A stretch of DNA of 64,000 bases from the human T2T-CHM13v2.0 reference genome, Homo sapiens, in NCBI RefSeq assembly GCF_009914755.1, contig NC_060930.1. One strand, 5' to 3'. Each line of letters begins with the position of its first letter. The stretch's first letter is position 1. Positions 43,510 to 55,521 of this stretch are shown here, piece by piece. The notes under the pieces were generated by a model. It made no database searches, had not been told where the DNA came from, and saw only the letters and a list, made by a program, of their open reading frames with translations. Both the position numbers and the translations under genes were made by a program.

Positions 43510-43635
43510 AGAGATACATGTATGAAATGAATACAGTATGAAATGTATGTATCATGTATGAATCACGTATGAAATTCATGCAATGAATCATGTATGAAAT
43601 GATAAATACAGAAATGAATATAAACACATGCAAGT
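43510..43635. repeat. Degenerate ATGTATGAA-type low-complexity repeat
   Basis: Recurrent 'gtatgaaat' and 'atgaatca'. Confidence 0.7.
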
Positions 43636-43754
43636 GAATATTTTTAAGTTATCTGAGGTAAAACTTTCTAGATAGAATGGGATATAAATTAAAAGAGCAC
43701 TTGAAGAGCAAATGTTTTGAAGGAATTCATGTTTACGTAGCTTTTATCCTCTTT

Positions 43755-44280
43755 CATTCAGTTCATAACAGACACTCCTTAACTGACCATTTTGTGCAGG
43801 TTAATATATGAGGCGGTACAGGGATTAAAAATAAATGTAAAACGTCTCTGCCTGCAATAATTTACAGATCAAACCACTAACTTTAGAATGAGTCAAGATA
43901 AAATACATAAAGTCCCATGAGTTCTCCTTCCAGGGAGGGAGGAACTTCATTAGATTGAGCTGAGGTGGGTTTTCATAAAGGAGAGTGGCATTACCGTATT
44001 TCTCTTATGTTTAGCAGTACCTCATACTCAAAAATAAAATCAGATATTGGATAGATGAGTGGGTAGGTGCGGGGTCATGAAACAGACAAATAGTATTTGA
44101 GTCACATTATAATGGAATGGAAGGAAACAGGCCTAGGCTATGGGAGAAAGACATCTAAATGAGAGAAAACCATTAGCAGAGACTGTAAGGTAGGAAATCG
44201 GGTGAAGTGTTTAGGGCAGAACAAATAACTCAGTTTGGCTATGAGGTGTGTGAAAGAAATAGTCAGGAAGGTAAATTTAA
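43755..44280 (-). mobile_element. L2 fragments
   Basis: 'ttcattcagttcataacagacactcc', 'gtgtttagggcagaacaaataactcagtttggct'. Confidence 0.5.
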
Positions 44281-45223
44281 CAAGGAAATTCAGGGTTCCA
44301 AGAGCCGATGTCCAGGGCTGACATCAGCTGGTGCAAATCTATATAGTGGTAGCAGCTGTTGAAATACTGAGTTTTCCGTATCAGTTGGTAAGTAGTGTAA
44401 AAGTAACTGCAATAAGCAATAGTCACTGATAGTAAATATTCTAATATGAATTCATTAGTTCAAGCTAATATTTGAAGACTGTCACAACAAACATTTGTAA
44501 ATGAGCCTCCTGTCACACATAGCAACATCCGAGAAACATCCCCAACACGTCTGTCAGACCAGCCGATTTCACACAGCCTTCGTGGCACGTTCTTTCAAGA
44601 CCCTCTGTGCCCCAGAAAAATCATCCATTTAACATCATCTTCAATTGCACAGCTGCTGCTGCTTCCAAGTGGTTTTTTTCTTAGGTTATTGTCAATGCCT
44701 TGTAATTCTTGTGTATATAATAAATGTGCAGTTTTTTAAAGTTATACATTTATATAAATAAATATTCTTTAAAGCCTTAAGAATGGAGAGGCAACAAAAT
44801 TTGGACATGTTTATAACTTTTCTTTCCTAAGCATGCTCTTCTGAATGTGCAACGGAACAAAGGAAAAATGAGATTTATAATGAGCCTCAACCTAGGTTAT
44901 CTGTGGTTTTGGTGCAAAAATTAGAACAGCTCAAAATTTCTCTCATACAGTTTCAGGGTCAGGAGACATTTCAACAGATAGTTTGTATTTCTGAAGTGAG
45001 AATGATCATCTCAACATAAATGTGAGTGGATTATTATTAATATTGAAAAATATTGTATGCAAATAATATCACCAAAAATTGAATTCGCTATATACATTTA
45101 TATAAAAATGGTAATCACAGCCTGTTAAAGGTCATGGATCAAATAAGGAAAATTTTTAAATTACGATACTATCTATTCCACAGTAAAAGTAATACTGCAT
45201 TTTCAGGTTTACTAAAACTTTTC

Positions 45224-45518
45224 ATTTTTTAGAGATAAAGTCTTGCTGTATCACCTAGGCTGGTGTGCAGTGGAGTGATGATGGCTCACTGCAGCCTCAA
45301 ATTCCTGGGCCCAAGCAATCCTCCTGCCTCAGCCTCCTGAGGAGCTAGGACTACATGTGTTCACCACCACACCCAGCTAATTTTTTACCTTTACTTATTT
45401 GTGGAGACAGGATTTTGCTATGTTGCCCAGGCCAGTCTTGAGCACCTGGCCTCAAGTGTTCCTCCCACTTTGGCCTCCCAAAGTGCTAGGATTACAGGTA
45501 TGAGCCACTGCGCTCAGT
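45224..45518 (-). mobile_element. AluJ
   Basis: 'ggctcactgcagcctcaaattcctgggcccaagcaatcctcc' J diagnostic. Confidence 0.93.
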
Positions 45519-45835
45519 TTAGAACTTTTTGAAAAAGGTTAAGTTGAGTATAGCATTGCAAACTTGATTTATGTCAGATATATGTGTATGTAGATAAATA
45601 AATATATACATTTTTATATATATCTACATATATACATATATGTACATGTATATACACGTATATCTGCCATACATTGTTTGCAATGATATATCCATATTAT
45701 TCATTTTTTGAAGTTTCAGTATGTGTGTATACATATATATATACACACACACACTGAAATAAGAAAAAAATTTTACATTATCAGCTGTTTTGACTTTCAT
45801 ATTTAATAGTTTTAATATTTTAATTGAAACATGAA

Positions 45836-45973
45836 ATTCAGTATTTGAGGATAGTTTAATGTTTTTTGTGTATCTCACAAAGGTGGAAAATATATATTTA
45901 AATAATGATTTATCAAATATATGATCAGAGCTCAGGAAAAATGGCTTTAACGAACAATGTTTTCATTTTATGG
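45836..45973 (+). repeat. Source of the copy at 47140-47270
   Basis: 'attcagtattt...gatcagagctcaggaaaaatggctttaa...tttcattttatgg' at both sites. Confidence 0.96.
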
Positions 45974-46323
45974 GAACTTTATTGAATTTTGTGGAGATGG
46001 CCAGTGAAGAAAGTCTGGAGTTTCAATTTTACAAAAATTCCGGTTGTTCTAGTTTGGCAGTTCATTATCTGTAATGATGCAATAAAAGGTGTAATCAAGT
46101 AAATCTTTTTAAATCCTGTGTTTAAAAAGTGAATTAAACATCACATAGAATTAAATAATATGAGAGCTAAGATTTGAAATAATAAACACAGGAAGATTAT
46201 TTGGATCTGTTGATGACTCTCTCATGTTAGGACTACAAAAGTAATCTGGAAATTGTACTGAGTGTAGTATTTTCATCTTAACAGTTATTGTGAAAAGGCC
46301 TACTTAAAAAAATAGGTATTTTA

Positions 46324-46472
46324 TCCTAAAGCTATCAAGGTGGGTGCAAATATTGATTTAATAGAATATATGCTTCATAAGAGTCTCTCCTTGTGTGTCT
46401 TAGTTACAATTTATCCTTAAGGTCTGGGACAGTGTCTCATATATAAGAGGAGTTCAATACATCCTACAATGA
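46324..46472 (+). repeat. 149-bp diverged direct repeat (flank plus L2-like 3' piece), partner at 47938-48082
   Basis: Shared 'tcctaaagc', 'ggtgcaaatattgatttaa', 'taagag.agttcaa.acat.ctac.atga'. Confidence 0.88.
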
Positions 46473-47139
46473 GCGAGTGAATGAATGAATGAGTGAATGG
46501 TAGGAAAAGATGTAGAATATTTACAGACATTTGGAAAATTATGTTTTTAGAAATATGGTTTTAATAAATGATGTTCTATTAGAGATTTCAATGTTTTTAG
46601 CTTCAAAGATATGTTTTGATTATTAAAGGTGATATTAATTCTACAATTAATAAAATAGATTGAGCACATAAATCTAAAAAAGGAAACTTTTAAGGGAAAT
46701 TAGAGATTCTATTTTTAAGATAAAGCACAATAAATCGTCTAAAATATCAATCACAAGAGTAAAACAATTAGGTGTAGAGAGTAAATTACATAAAATATTC
46801 TATCATTTGATAACAAAAGTAAGCAGATAAAGAATTTTTAATTTTTTTCAAATTACTGAATTCTAAATATAACATACCTTTAAATAAGTTTTTTACATAC
46901 TCCACAAAAGAGATGCAGAATATATAAAATTCTCAGACACTATATTGAAGGCTAGAAATTACTTAATGTGATTGATGTTGGCTCAGCAGAAGTTGAAAGA
47001 AGATTCAATACTGTAAACACTATCATTGATGATAGGAGAAATTTCTACTTACTAAGACCACAATACTCTGAGGACATTTTTAAAAGAGTTGATTTCAGAT
47101 CATGGTTCAGATAAAGATGTCATCTATCTAGCAATGGCC

Positions 47140-47270
47140 ATTCAGTATTTAAGGATAGTTTAATGTTTTTTGTGTATCTCATGAAAATACATATTTAAAT
47201 AATGATTTGTCAAATATATGATCAGAGCTCAGGAAAAATGGCTTTAATGAAAAATGTTTTCATTTTATGG
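47140..47270 (+). repeat. Templated copy of 45836-45973 flanked by aatggcca direct repeats
   Basis: 5 substitutions and one 7-bp indel; aatggcca at 47133-47140 and 47272-47279. Confidence 0.95.
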
Positions 47271-47454
47271 AAATGGCCAGAAAATCAGATCCACAATTTC
47301 TAGAAATTAACAAATGACTTCATAATTACTAGAATGTTTTGATGAATGATCTGCACTGTAAATTATATTTCTTGGGAAAGATAGATGGAAAAATACATAA
47401 ATATCGGTGTTTATATTGATAAATATTTATCCTAATAGAGGATAAATAGACGCA

Positions 47455-47478
47455 TAGATAGATAGATAGATAGATAGA
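47455..47478. repeat. (TAGA)n STR
   Basis: Direct reading. Confidence 0.9.
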
Positions 47479-47559
47479 TGACAGACAGATATAGCCTACC
47501 CATACTGGAGTTTAAATACTTTGAGTCTCACCAGCCTCATCCAATAGTTCAATCCTGCA

Positions 47560-47735
47560 TGCAGCATGACAGTGGAAAGCACATGGATGGTTGTGAACCA
47601 GAAACAGTCCTGCATTCAATCCTGACTTTGCTTTTTACCAGCTATGTGACCTTAGCAAGTTATAGCACAATTAATCATGCCTATTTCACTGGGCCATTGT
47701 AAAAGCTCATGAAATAATGCACATAGATTATGTTC
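47560..47735 (+). mobile_element. MIR
   Basis: 'ttcaatcctgactttgc...agctatgtgaccttagcaagtta'. Confidence 0.65.
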
Positions 47736-47937
47736 AATAAACATAGATGGTGCTCCTTCTCCTCATCAGGAAAGTCACGCTGAATTCATTGGCCAGGCTG
47801 GTACCGGCTTCTGACGCCATGATGGTGCTTTTTTCTATCCATACTGTTTTCTCTAAAATTCTGATGGAAAAGTTAAAATCATGATCTTGAATAAGTGTGT
47901 TTGAAAAGAGAATAACACCATCTGGGGGCTTTGTTTT

Positions 47938-48082
47938 TCCTAAAGCCATCATGAGTGGTGCAAATATTGATTTAAGACACTATAAGCACCATGAGAGTTG
48001 CTCTTTGTCTTGTTCACCATTGTATCTTTAAGGCCCTGTACAGTGTTGTTACATAAGAGTAGTTCAAAACATTCTACGATGA
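47938..48082 (+). repeat. Partner of 46324-46472
   Basis: Hand alignment, roughly three-quarters identical. Confidence 0.88.
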
Positions 48083-48220
48083 AGAAAAAAAGGAAGGAAG
48101 AAAGGAAAGAAGGAAAGAAGAAAGGAAGGAAGGAAGGAAGGAAAGAAGGAAAGAAGAAAGGAAAGAAGGAAGGAAGGAAGGAAAGAAGGAAGGAAGGTAG
48201 GAAGGAAAGAGGGAAGGAAG
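48081..48220. repeat. (GGAA/GAAA)n purine-rich simple repeat
   Basis: Direct reading. Confidence 0.95.
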
Positions 48221-48465
48221 TCGGTCTCAGGGGAAAAAGAGGAGCATTGAATTACCGAAAAGAGGAAGGCTGAGAGATGAGGTCTTAAAATTTGATTCAC
48301 ATTATAACTTGGTTGTGTTATAAATGTCAATTTTCTTTCCTGTTCTTCATTTTTTCCCTGTATTTATTTAGGATTGCCTCTCAGCTCCTACATGGTAGTT
48401 AACAGAAAAAAAATTATCTAAATGTCAAATGTGAATTATAGCTTACAGCAAGCTGAAATTTAATC

Positions 48466-48600
48466 AGTATTATCAAACCGAGGAGCATGACCCATTAGTT
48501 GGGTCATGACCCTTAGCTTAGTGGGTTATCAAAATCATTTGTTTAAAAAAAGAGAGAGAGAGGCTATAATAAAGAAAATGTAATGGTGTACTATACATAA
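48466..48600. mobile_element. hAT-Charlie MITE fragment
   Basis: 'cagtattatcaaac...catgacccattagttgggtcatg...ttagtgggt' resembles a Charlie4z-type end (from memory). Confidence 0.45.
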
Positions 48601-49564
48601 AATCAGCGTTGTTTGATGATTGTTTTTTGGTTTTGTGTGTGTGTGTGTGTGTGTGTGTTGGTTCTTACTGGAAAATTCACATCTTACAGTGGAATCACTG
48701 AAATAATGGAAAAGATTGTGATTTAAACAGTCCATTTGGTTATTTTTACTATTTCTTGGACAAAAATGCCCCACCTCTGTCTTCCTGCCCCTGGCTCTTC
48801 TTCCCAGGACACTGGGGTTAAGGTGTAGGGCAAATGTTGTGAGCATAAGTCTGCAGGTTTGGTTGCGGATGCACTACACGAGGATCCAAAGGCACTTCAA
48901 TATGCCTTTCTCTTTCCACAATGCCTGCCTCTCAAGCCAATCGCTTTGCTGCAAAATCCTAAGAATCTGGATGTTATCCTATTTTTCTTCTTTGTATTCG
49001 TATCGTAAAAAACTAAATCTCCTTCACCCTCCCCTTCTCTGTATGTAAGAAGGAAACTGAGGCACTCTGAAAATTTTCTAAGTGTTATCCTGTCAACTTT
49101 TGGGAAAATGAGAGGGGTAGCTCCAAGAGAGCTTGAGGATGAGAGTGCCCATCATCAGACAGAGAGAGCTCCTTCCTGTCCTGGGCATGACATGGGTGTG
49201 GGGGTGGAGGAGACCAATAGCCCAAAGCATATTCAGGAACCATCTGAGAAGCCTTTTAAAACTATACAAACCACACCATAGCTGAGATATTCTGCAAGCA
49301 GAGGTGGAGACAGAACAAATTAAAATGATCTTATACCCATCCCTCCTCCACCACCTCCACCATCATTTGAGAGCAAGATAATTTCTAGTTTCTATTTGGG
49401 CTCCCTAGACTGTCTTCGCTACTGGAAAGAAACAATTCCCATGGTAAATGAGTGAATAAGCATAATTTTTGTTTTAATTTTATTGTGCAAGTTTTTTTCC
49501 TAGGATATAATCATCTCTGCAGAGCTAGAAGGCCATATCCTGAAGTTCAGGGAGACAGAAGTAC

Positions 49565-50135
49565 ATTATAAGGCTTTTTTGGTCTCTAAAAGCCTATACA
49601 AATAGACAATGGCTAGACCATAGATAAAAATAGAACTCTGATCCAAAAGCTGCAGCAATGTGCCCAGGAAACCAGCCCCCTTATCTACAATACGCAGCCC
49701 ATGAAGCCAGCCTGCTGTCAGCCCAGCTAGCGGAAAGCCAGATTACTATCTCTAGTAACTATCCAGGGAGCTAAACAATAACTTCTGTTGGCCCAGAATG
49801 GCCAGGACTTGATTAATAACTGGCAGCTTCCTTAATTCTTATCCCTATTTTTAATTTAAGACCAACCAGAAAAAGCCATATATGTGCCCCTAACCAATCA
49901 CATAGGACACCCCCTACTCAATAGCTGCCTCCAGCCTCCCCGGGCCAACAGCCGGCAGTTGGGGCACAAACACCTGAAGCATTCACCGTTCTCTGCCATG
50001 AAGCTTTCGCACTCCTCTGCCTGCCTTGGAGTCTCTGCCAAATGCAAATGATGGTGGCTGACTCCCTTGCTATAGCAAGCTCTGAATAAATAGCCTCTGC
50101 TTCTCTCATTTGGTTGGCCTTCATTTATTTCCACT
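49565..50135 (+). mobile_element. ERVL solo LTR, MER54/MER74 group
   Basis: 'aatagaactctga', 'ggccaggacttgattaataactggcagcttcc', 'ccaatcacatagga', 'gcaagctctgaataaatagcc'. Confidence 0.78.
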
Positions 50136-50313
50136 CTTCAATGAACAATCTTCTTGATTATTTTTTATATTACATCATTCATAACTTTCTTTTTTGCCTT
50201 TTATTGTTTATTTTCAGAAGGATATTTGTTTTTTTTTTTTCAGTTTTATACTAATTCATCAAGTAGGTTGGGATAGGTCTTAGGAATAGGAACAATTAAG
50301 AATTATTCATCTT

Positions 50314-50580
50314 GGCCAGGCGCAGTGGCTCAGGCCTGTAATCCTAGCATTTTGGAAGGCCAGGAGTTGGGCATTAGGCAACATAGCAAAACAATCTCTA
50401 TAAAAAATTTTTTTTAATTAGTGGGGCATGGTGGCATGCACCTGTAATCTTAGCTAATTGGGATGCTGAGGTGAGAGGATCACTTGAGCCTAGGAGATCA
50501 AAGCTGCAGTGAACTGTGATCGCTCCACTGCACACCAGCCTGGGCAGAAGAGTGAGACTGTGCCCCCACATACACAAAAA
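50314..50580 (+). mobile_element. AluJ with a left-arm deletion
   Basis: 'ggccaggcgcagtggctcaggcctgtaatcc...ggatcacttgagcctaggag'. Confidence 0.92.
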
Positions 50581-50726
50581 AAAGAAGGAAGGGAGGGAGG
50601 GAGGGAGGGAAGGAAAGAGGAAGAAAGGAAGGAAGAAAGAGAGAAAGAAAGAAAAAGAAAGAAAGAAAAAGAAAGAAAGAAAAAGAAAAAGAAAGGAAGG
50701 AAGGAAGGAAGAGAAAGAAAGAAGGA

Positions 50727-50790
<64 letters not shown>

Positions 50791-50865
50791 GGAAGGAGAG
50801 AGAGAGAGGGAAGGAAGGAAAGAAAGAGAGAGAGAAAGAAAAGAAAGAAAGAAAGAAAGAAAGAG
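50577..50865. repeat. About 290-bp purine-only tract with a (GAAA)n core, grown from an Alu tail
   Basis: Direct reading; only A and G on the + strand. Confidence 0.97.
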
Positions 50866-51766
50866 TCTATTTCTTTTGGAAAATCTTTGGTTGGAATGCT
50901 GAGGCCCTCACAGAAGAGAAGCATTTCCCCTCAGCTGAACTCCCATGGAGAAATAGGTTTGTTATACATCATTTTGTAATCATTTTATAAATAGCCCATC
51001 TTTGGCCCTTTGTACAGCTAAGATTATAGCTTAAACTGCTACCCAATGAAACCTATAACAGAGCTTTCTATTGTATTATTTTGTTTTGATGCATTTCTAA
51101 AATACTTTATTTGGCTATCTCATGAATAGTCCTGCATGTATATTAACTTGAAGTTGACATATTTATATCTAAGTATTATTTTGGTTAGTATATAATATTT
51201 ATTTAAAAAAAATCTAGACTTATAAAAAAAGAATAGATTTATACATTTGGAAAGAAATTATACTATAAATCTGAGTTGTTAATGTTGCAGAATTAATACA
51301 CTGAAATTAATAATAGCTATATTTATCTTACAATTAAAACCTTTTAAATTTACAGTTAAATGAAACATCATATTTGAAAATGACTAAGGTTTTTATTATT
51401 TTCTTTTCTAAGAATCTGAAATATTCTAGAATTTCTATTTTTTTAGATATACCTTAAATGGTGTTGAATTTGAAGGATATGAAAATTAAAGTTGCAATGG
51501 TTTCTAATGAAAGAATTAATGTATCAGGCAATGTTTCCAAGGACAATAAGATCAGGAGAGATTAAAGGTATTAGAACCTATAATACTTTATTAAGGAATA
51601 AGCCAGCCTCATCAGCTGGACACACACTGTAGGTCAAGCCTCAGAACAATATGTTGTCATGGACTCCCCTGTCTCCATTGCAATGGAGCAAATAGAGCAA
51701 AAAATTGTAAAATAACTGATAGGTAAGTTGATAAGATAATTATAAGCATTAATTCAAGAGCCCAAT

Positions 51767-52710
51767 GATAGATGAAAAAAAATGTTCAACATTACTGATC
51801 ATCAGAGAAACGCAAATCAAAACCACAATGAGAGATCATCTCACTCCAGTTTAAATGGCTTTTATCAAAAAGACAGGCAATAATGGATGCTGGCAACGAT
51901 GTGGAGAAAGGGAAACCTTCGTAGACTGTTGGTAGGAATTTAAATTAGTACAGCCACTATGAAAAACAGGAGGTTCCCTAAAAAACTAAAAATAGAACTA
52001 CCATATGATCCAGCAATCACATTGCTGGGTATATACACAAAACAGGAAATTAGTACAGCAAAGATATATCTGCACTCCTGTGTTTATTGCAACAGTATGC
52101 ACAATAGCCAAGATACGGGATCAACCTAAATGGTCTGTCAATGGATGAATAGATAAAGAAAATATGGTACATGTACACCATGGAATATTGTTCAGCCATA
52201 AAAAAATGAAATTCTGTCATTGGAACAACATGAATGGAATTGGAGGACATTATGTTAGGTGAAATAAGCCAGGCACAGAAAGACAAACAACACACGTTCT
52301 CACTCAAAACGTGGGAGCTAAAAAAAAAAAAAAAAAAAAAAAAATTGAATCATGGAAATAGAGAGTAGAACGATAGTTACCAGAAGCTGGGAATGGTAGT
52401 GGGGAGGCCAAGGGAACAAAGAAGGAATGATTAATGGGTACAAAAACACAGATAGATAGAGGAAATAAGATCTAGTGTTTGTTAGTACAATAGGAAGATT
52501 ATAGTTGACAACAATTTACTGTATTTTTCAAAATAACTAAAAGAATGGACTTGAAATGTTTGTAACACAAAGAAAATGCTTGGGGTCTTAGATATACCAA
52601 TTACTTTGATTTGATCATTACACATTGTATGCTTGTATCAGTGGTACCCCCATAAATATGTACAATTACTATGTATTCATAATAATTAAAAATTTAAAAA
52701 TAAATTTTTA
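51767..52710 (+). mobile_element. 5'-truncated L1MA-type element
   Basis: L1 ORF2 end and 3'UTR; perfect 11-bp TSD aagagcccaat (51756-51766, 52711-52721); internal poly(A) at about 52320-52343. Confidence 0.93.
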
Positions 52711-53479
52711 AAGAGCCCAATTAGAAGATTATAAAACCAACTAGCACCCAGATCAATGGACAATCTAGCCTGTACCATGTGACATCACTGCAAGAATTTT
52801 GGCCTGGAAAAAAATGTTAAAGTTCATGTAACTCAACCCCTTCCTTGGATTAAAAAAAAAACAACAAAAACAGTAAAAAGGTTTAACAGAAGTTTAACCT
52901 TGAGAAGCGTAGAAATATTTTTATTCACTGGTACCTTGGATACATGTCATCAGCCTACACTGAAGGCATTATAAGAAATCGTTTTTTATGACCCCTCTAC
53001 CCTGCATTGCTCTAAAGATGCTGCTGAGGGCATCGTTCACACAATGACTGACTGTCCTCTTTGTACAGGCCCGTGGGAGAAATTAATCTTTGTTGTCAAC
53101 ACCGGGAATAGTAGTGCTGCTCCTGAACAACTGGCTCATCTGATCACGTGGACACTGAATGTTACTGATTGCATCTCTCTCTTGCTGAGCTGACACCAAA
53201 AGGCTTAGATCCAAATTGATGGCCTTCCTCTGGCAAAGACAGAATTGTACAGCATGTGTTTTGTATAAATTCAGTCCTGCCATCATCTTATTTTACCTAT
53301 TCTTAATTTTTCTCTGTCCTGATTTTCTTACCCACTTATTTTTTTTCATTTTGGTTTATCTTATTATAGTGCACATATTTTATAAATGACCTTAAATCCT
53401 TTCTAGAATCTAATGATATATAAATCACTACCTAGGTAACTAGATATGACTAATTAGACTTGAATGGATAATTCCCTGT

Positions 53480-53790
53480 CACTGCTGCAGTTTCATGCTC
53501 TATACATACGATTTCCTTTCCTGGAAAACCTTTCCACTAGTCCCCCTGGAAAATACTAATTCTTCCAGGTCCAGCTGAAAAGGTTGAATCCCCTATGGAG
53601 CCTTTGCTGACCACAACACCCCTTAAGGAAGAAGTAGCCACTTGCTCCACTGCATCACACTGAATTGTGACATTTCTTTGTGTCTTCCCCCATGGAAACT
53701 ATCCTTCTTATTGGGAGAGACTCTGTTATATTCATCTCTATACCAATGCCAGTCGCCATTAGTACATGTTGAAATGAAAGAAGGGAGGGA
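53480..53790 (+). mobile_element. L2 3' region
   Basis: 'tttcctggaaaacctttcc', 'ttgggagagactctgttatattcatctctatacc...catgttgaaatgaa'. Confidence 0.55.
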
Positions 53791-54249
53791 GGAAGGAGGG
53801 AAAGAGGAAGAAAAGAAGACATTGAAGAGATGGAGAGAAAATAATTCAACCTAAAATGGAGGAGTATTTGGATGTGGCTCCATTTACATTTATGATCAAG
53901 GTCAGAGGGCATTCCAAAAAAAAAAAATCACTTTTTTAATGGCCTTGCTGTGTTTTTTCAGTCGGTTGTTTCTTGCTTGCTCTCTGCATTCCTTTCTAAT
54001 GTCTACAAATAACTCGTGCTAAATTGAACTATTCTGGAAAGGCCATCTAAAATATGATACAGAAGTGTTTTGAAGGAGAAGAGGGCTATGATTTCACAGA
54101 GAAGATGAGATAACTTTTGAAACTTTTTTTTTGGTTGTTAACACAACAGTCCCACTTGGTACTTTGTGATGAACAAAACAGTGCCTGAAAAAATGAGGAA
54201 GATGGGCTAGGAACAAAGGGCCTGTCTGATCAGAGGCCTCAGAATCCAC

Positions 54250-54800
54250 CATCAGAAATTCTGGTTTGACCTGAGCGACTTTCAGGAGGCTTCCCAGACT
54301 TCTGAGCAGACGAGTAACTTGATAAAAAGCAACATCTTGACGGGCAGGCTTCTGGTGGCCCTGTGGGAAGATCAAGTGGGGCTGGGGAGGCTGGAGAGTG
54401 GGCGGGCGAAGATCCTCACACTCTCTCGGGCAGAGACAGAGCCTCTGCAGAATGAAAGCTGAAAGGATCCCTCCCACAGACGGAGTACGTGTCGAATCCC
54501 AGTTTGTTGCCAGAGGTCGGGAAGACCTTTCTCTTTTCCAAATTAAGTAATCCATGACAGCTGACGCTTTCTTTTGAAACAGTTCCAGAAAGTTCCTCCA
54601 CGAAATTTGAAAAACAGCTTACCTCTCCTCTGAGCCATCCTTAGAGTGCTTGCCAGCACCAGTGGGGTAAGGTGGAGGATTTGTTTGGGGGGGGCGGTCT
54701 GGTGTGGCAGCTCAGGGAACAGCCAGCAGGACAATTTCGAAGTGGGCAATTTTCCTCTCCCCTTTCTGGTCTATTCCCTCCCCACTCCACCCTTAGTTCC
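54250..54800. promoter_or_regulatory. CpG-retaining, GC-box-containing candidate regulatory element
   Basis: Non-repeat; GGGCGG boxes near 54400 and 54691; more than a dozen CpGs against a CpG-poor background. Confidence 0.4.
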
Positions 54801-54917
54801 TACTGAAAATATGCCCCCAACGAGGCTTTGATTTCCTCCTAGTTTCTGTCTCTGCCTGAACTGTCCTTGTGTCCTTCGGTGGTAGAATTCAGAGAGACTC
54901 CTGCAAGATTCTCGCCC

Positions 54918-55521
54918 TGTGGTATACACAGCCCGTATAACGCCATCCACCTTCAACGTGGGAGGGGTAGTAAATATGATGAATTTCATTCCATGATTAG
55001 GCTTCATTACATGAAAAAGGTGAAGATCCCAAATAAGCTGACTTTGATATACTTGAAAAAGAGATTATCCTGGGTGGGTCTGACCTAATCAGGTGACCCC
55101 TGAAAAGGGATTGTGCCCCTTTCTAAAGGGGGAGATTGTAGGGAAAACGATTCACCTTCTGGTTTTAAAGAAACAAACTGCCATGTTTTGGAGACAGCCA
55201 CATAGCAGGAGATCACGGGCAGTTTCTAGCAGCAGAGAACAGCTCCTGGCTGACAGCTAGCCAGAAAAGAGGGACCTTAGTCCTATAACCACATCATATT
55301 ATATTCTTCCAACAACCACATGAGCTTGGAAAAGGATCCCGAGCCTCAGCTGAGAACACGGCGAAGGGGACACCTTAATTTCAGCTTTGTGAGACCCTAA
55401 GTAGAGAACCTAGCTACGTCATGCCCGGACTTAAGACCTATCCAACTGTGAGATCAATAAATAGGTTTAAGCCATTCCATCTGTGGAAAATTATTATATA
55501 ATGATATAAAAAGCAATCCAC
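54918..55521 (+). mobile_element. MLT1E-type MaLR LTR
   Basis: 'gagattatcctgggtgggtctgacctaatcagg', 'gggaccttagtcctataaccac', 'ctgtgagatcaataaataggtttaagcc'. Confidence 0.85.

Larger units (their letters stand above)
44291..47535 (+). mobile_element. hAT DNA transposon fossil (Tip100/Arthur1-like) with transposase remnants
   Basis: Terminus 'cagggttcc...cagggctgacatcagctgg...gttgaaatactga'; 46980-47042 translates GSAEVERRFNTVNTIIDDRRN, resembling the hAT C-terminal S-A-x-x-E-R-x-F motif. Confidence 0.7.

Noticed and set aside
50490-50979. K/E/R-rich and F/L/S-rich ORFs, also at 47998-48330 and 12176-12598
   Set aside because: Translations of purine or pyrimidine simple repeats that lack stop codons by composition.
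54094-54555. 153-aa minus-strand ORF in the GC-richer block
   Set aside because: No recognisable homology or exon structure; the length is plausible by chance. It would need PhyloCSF or Ribo-seq support.
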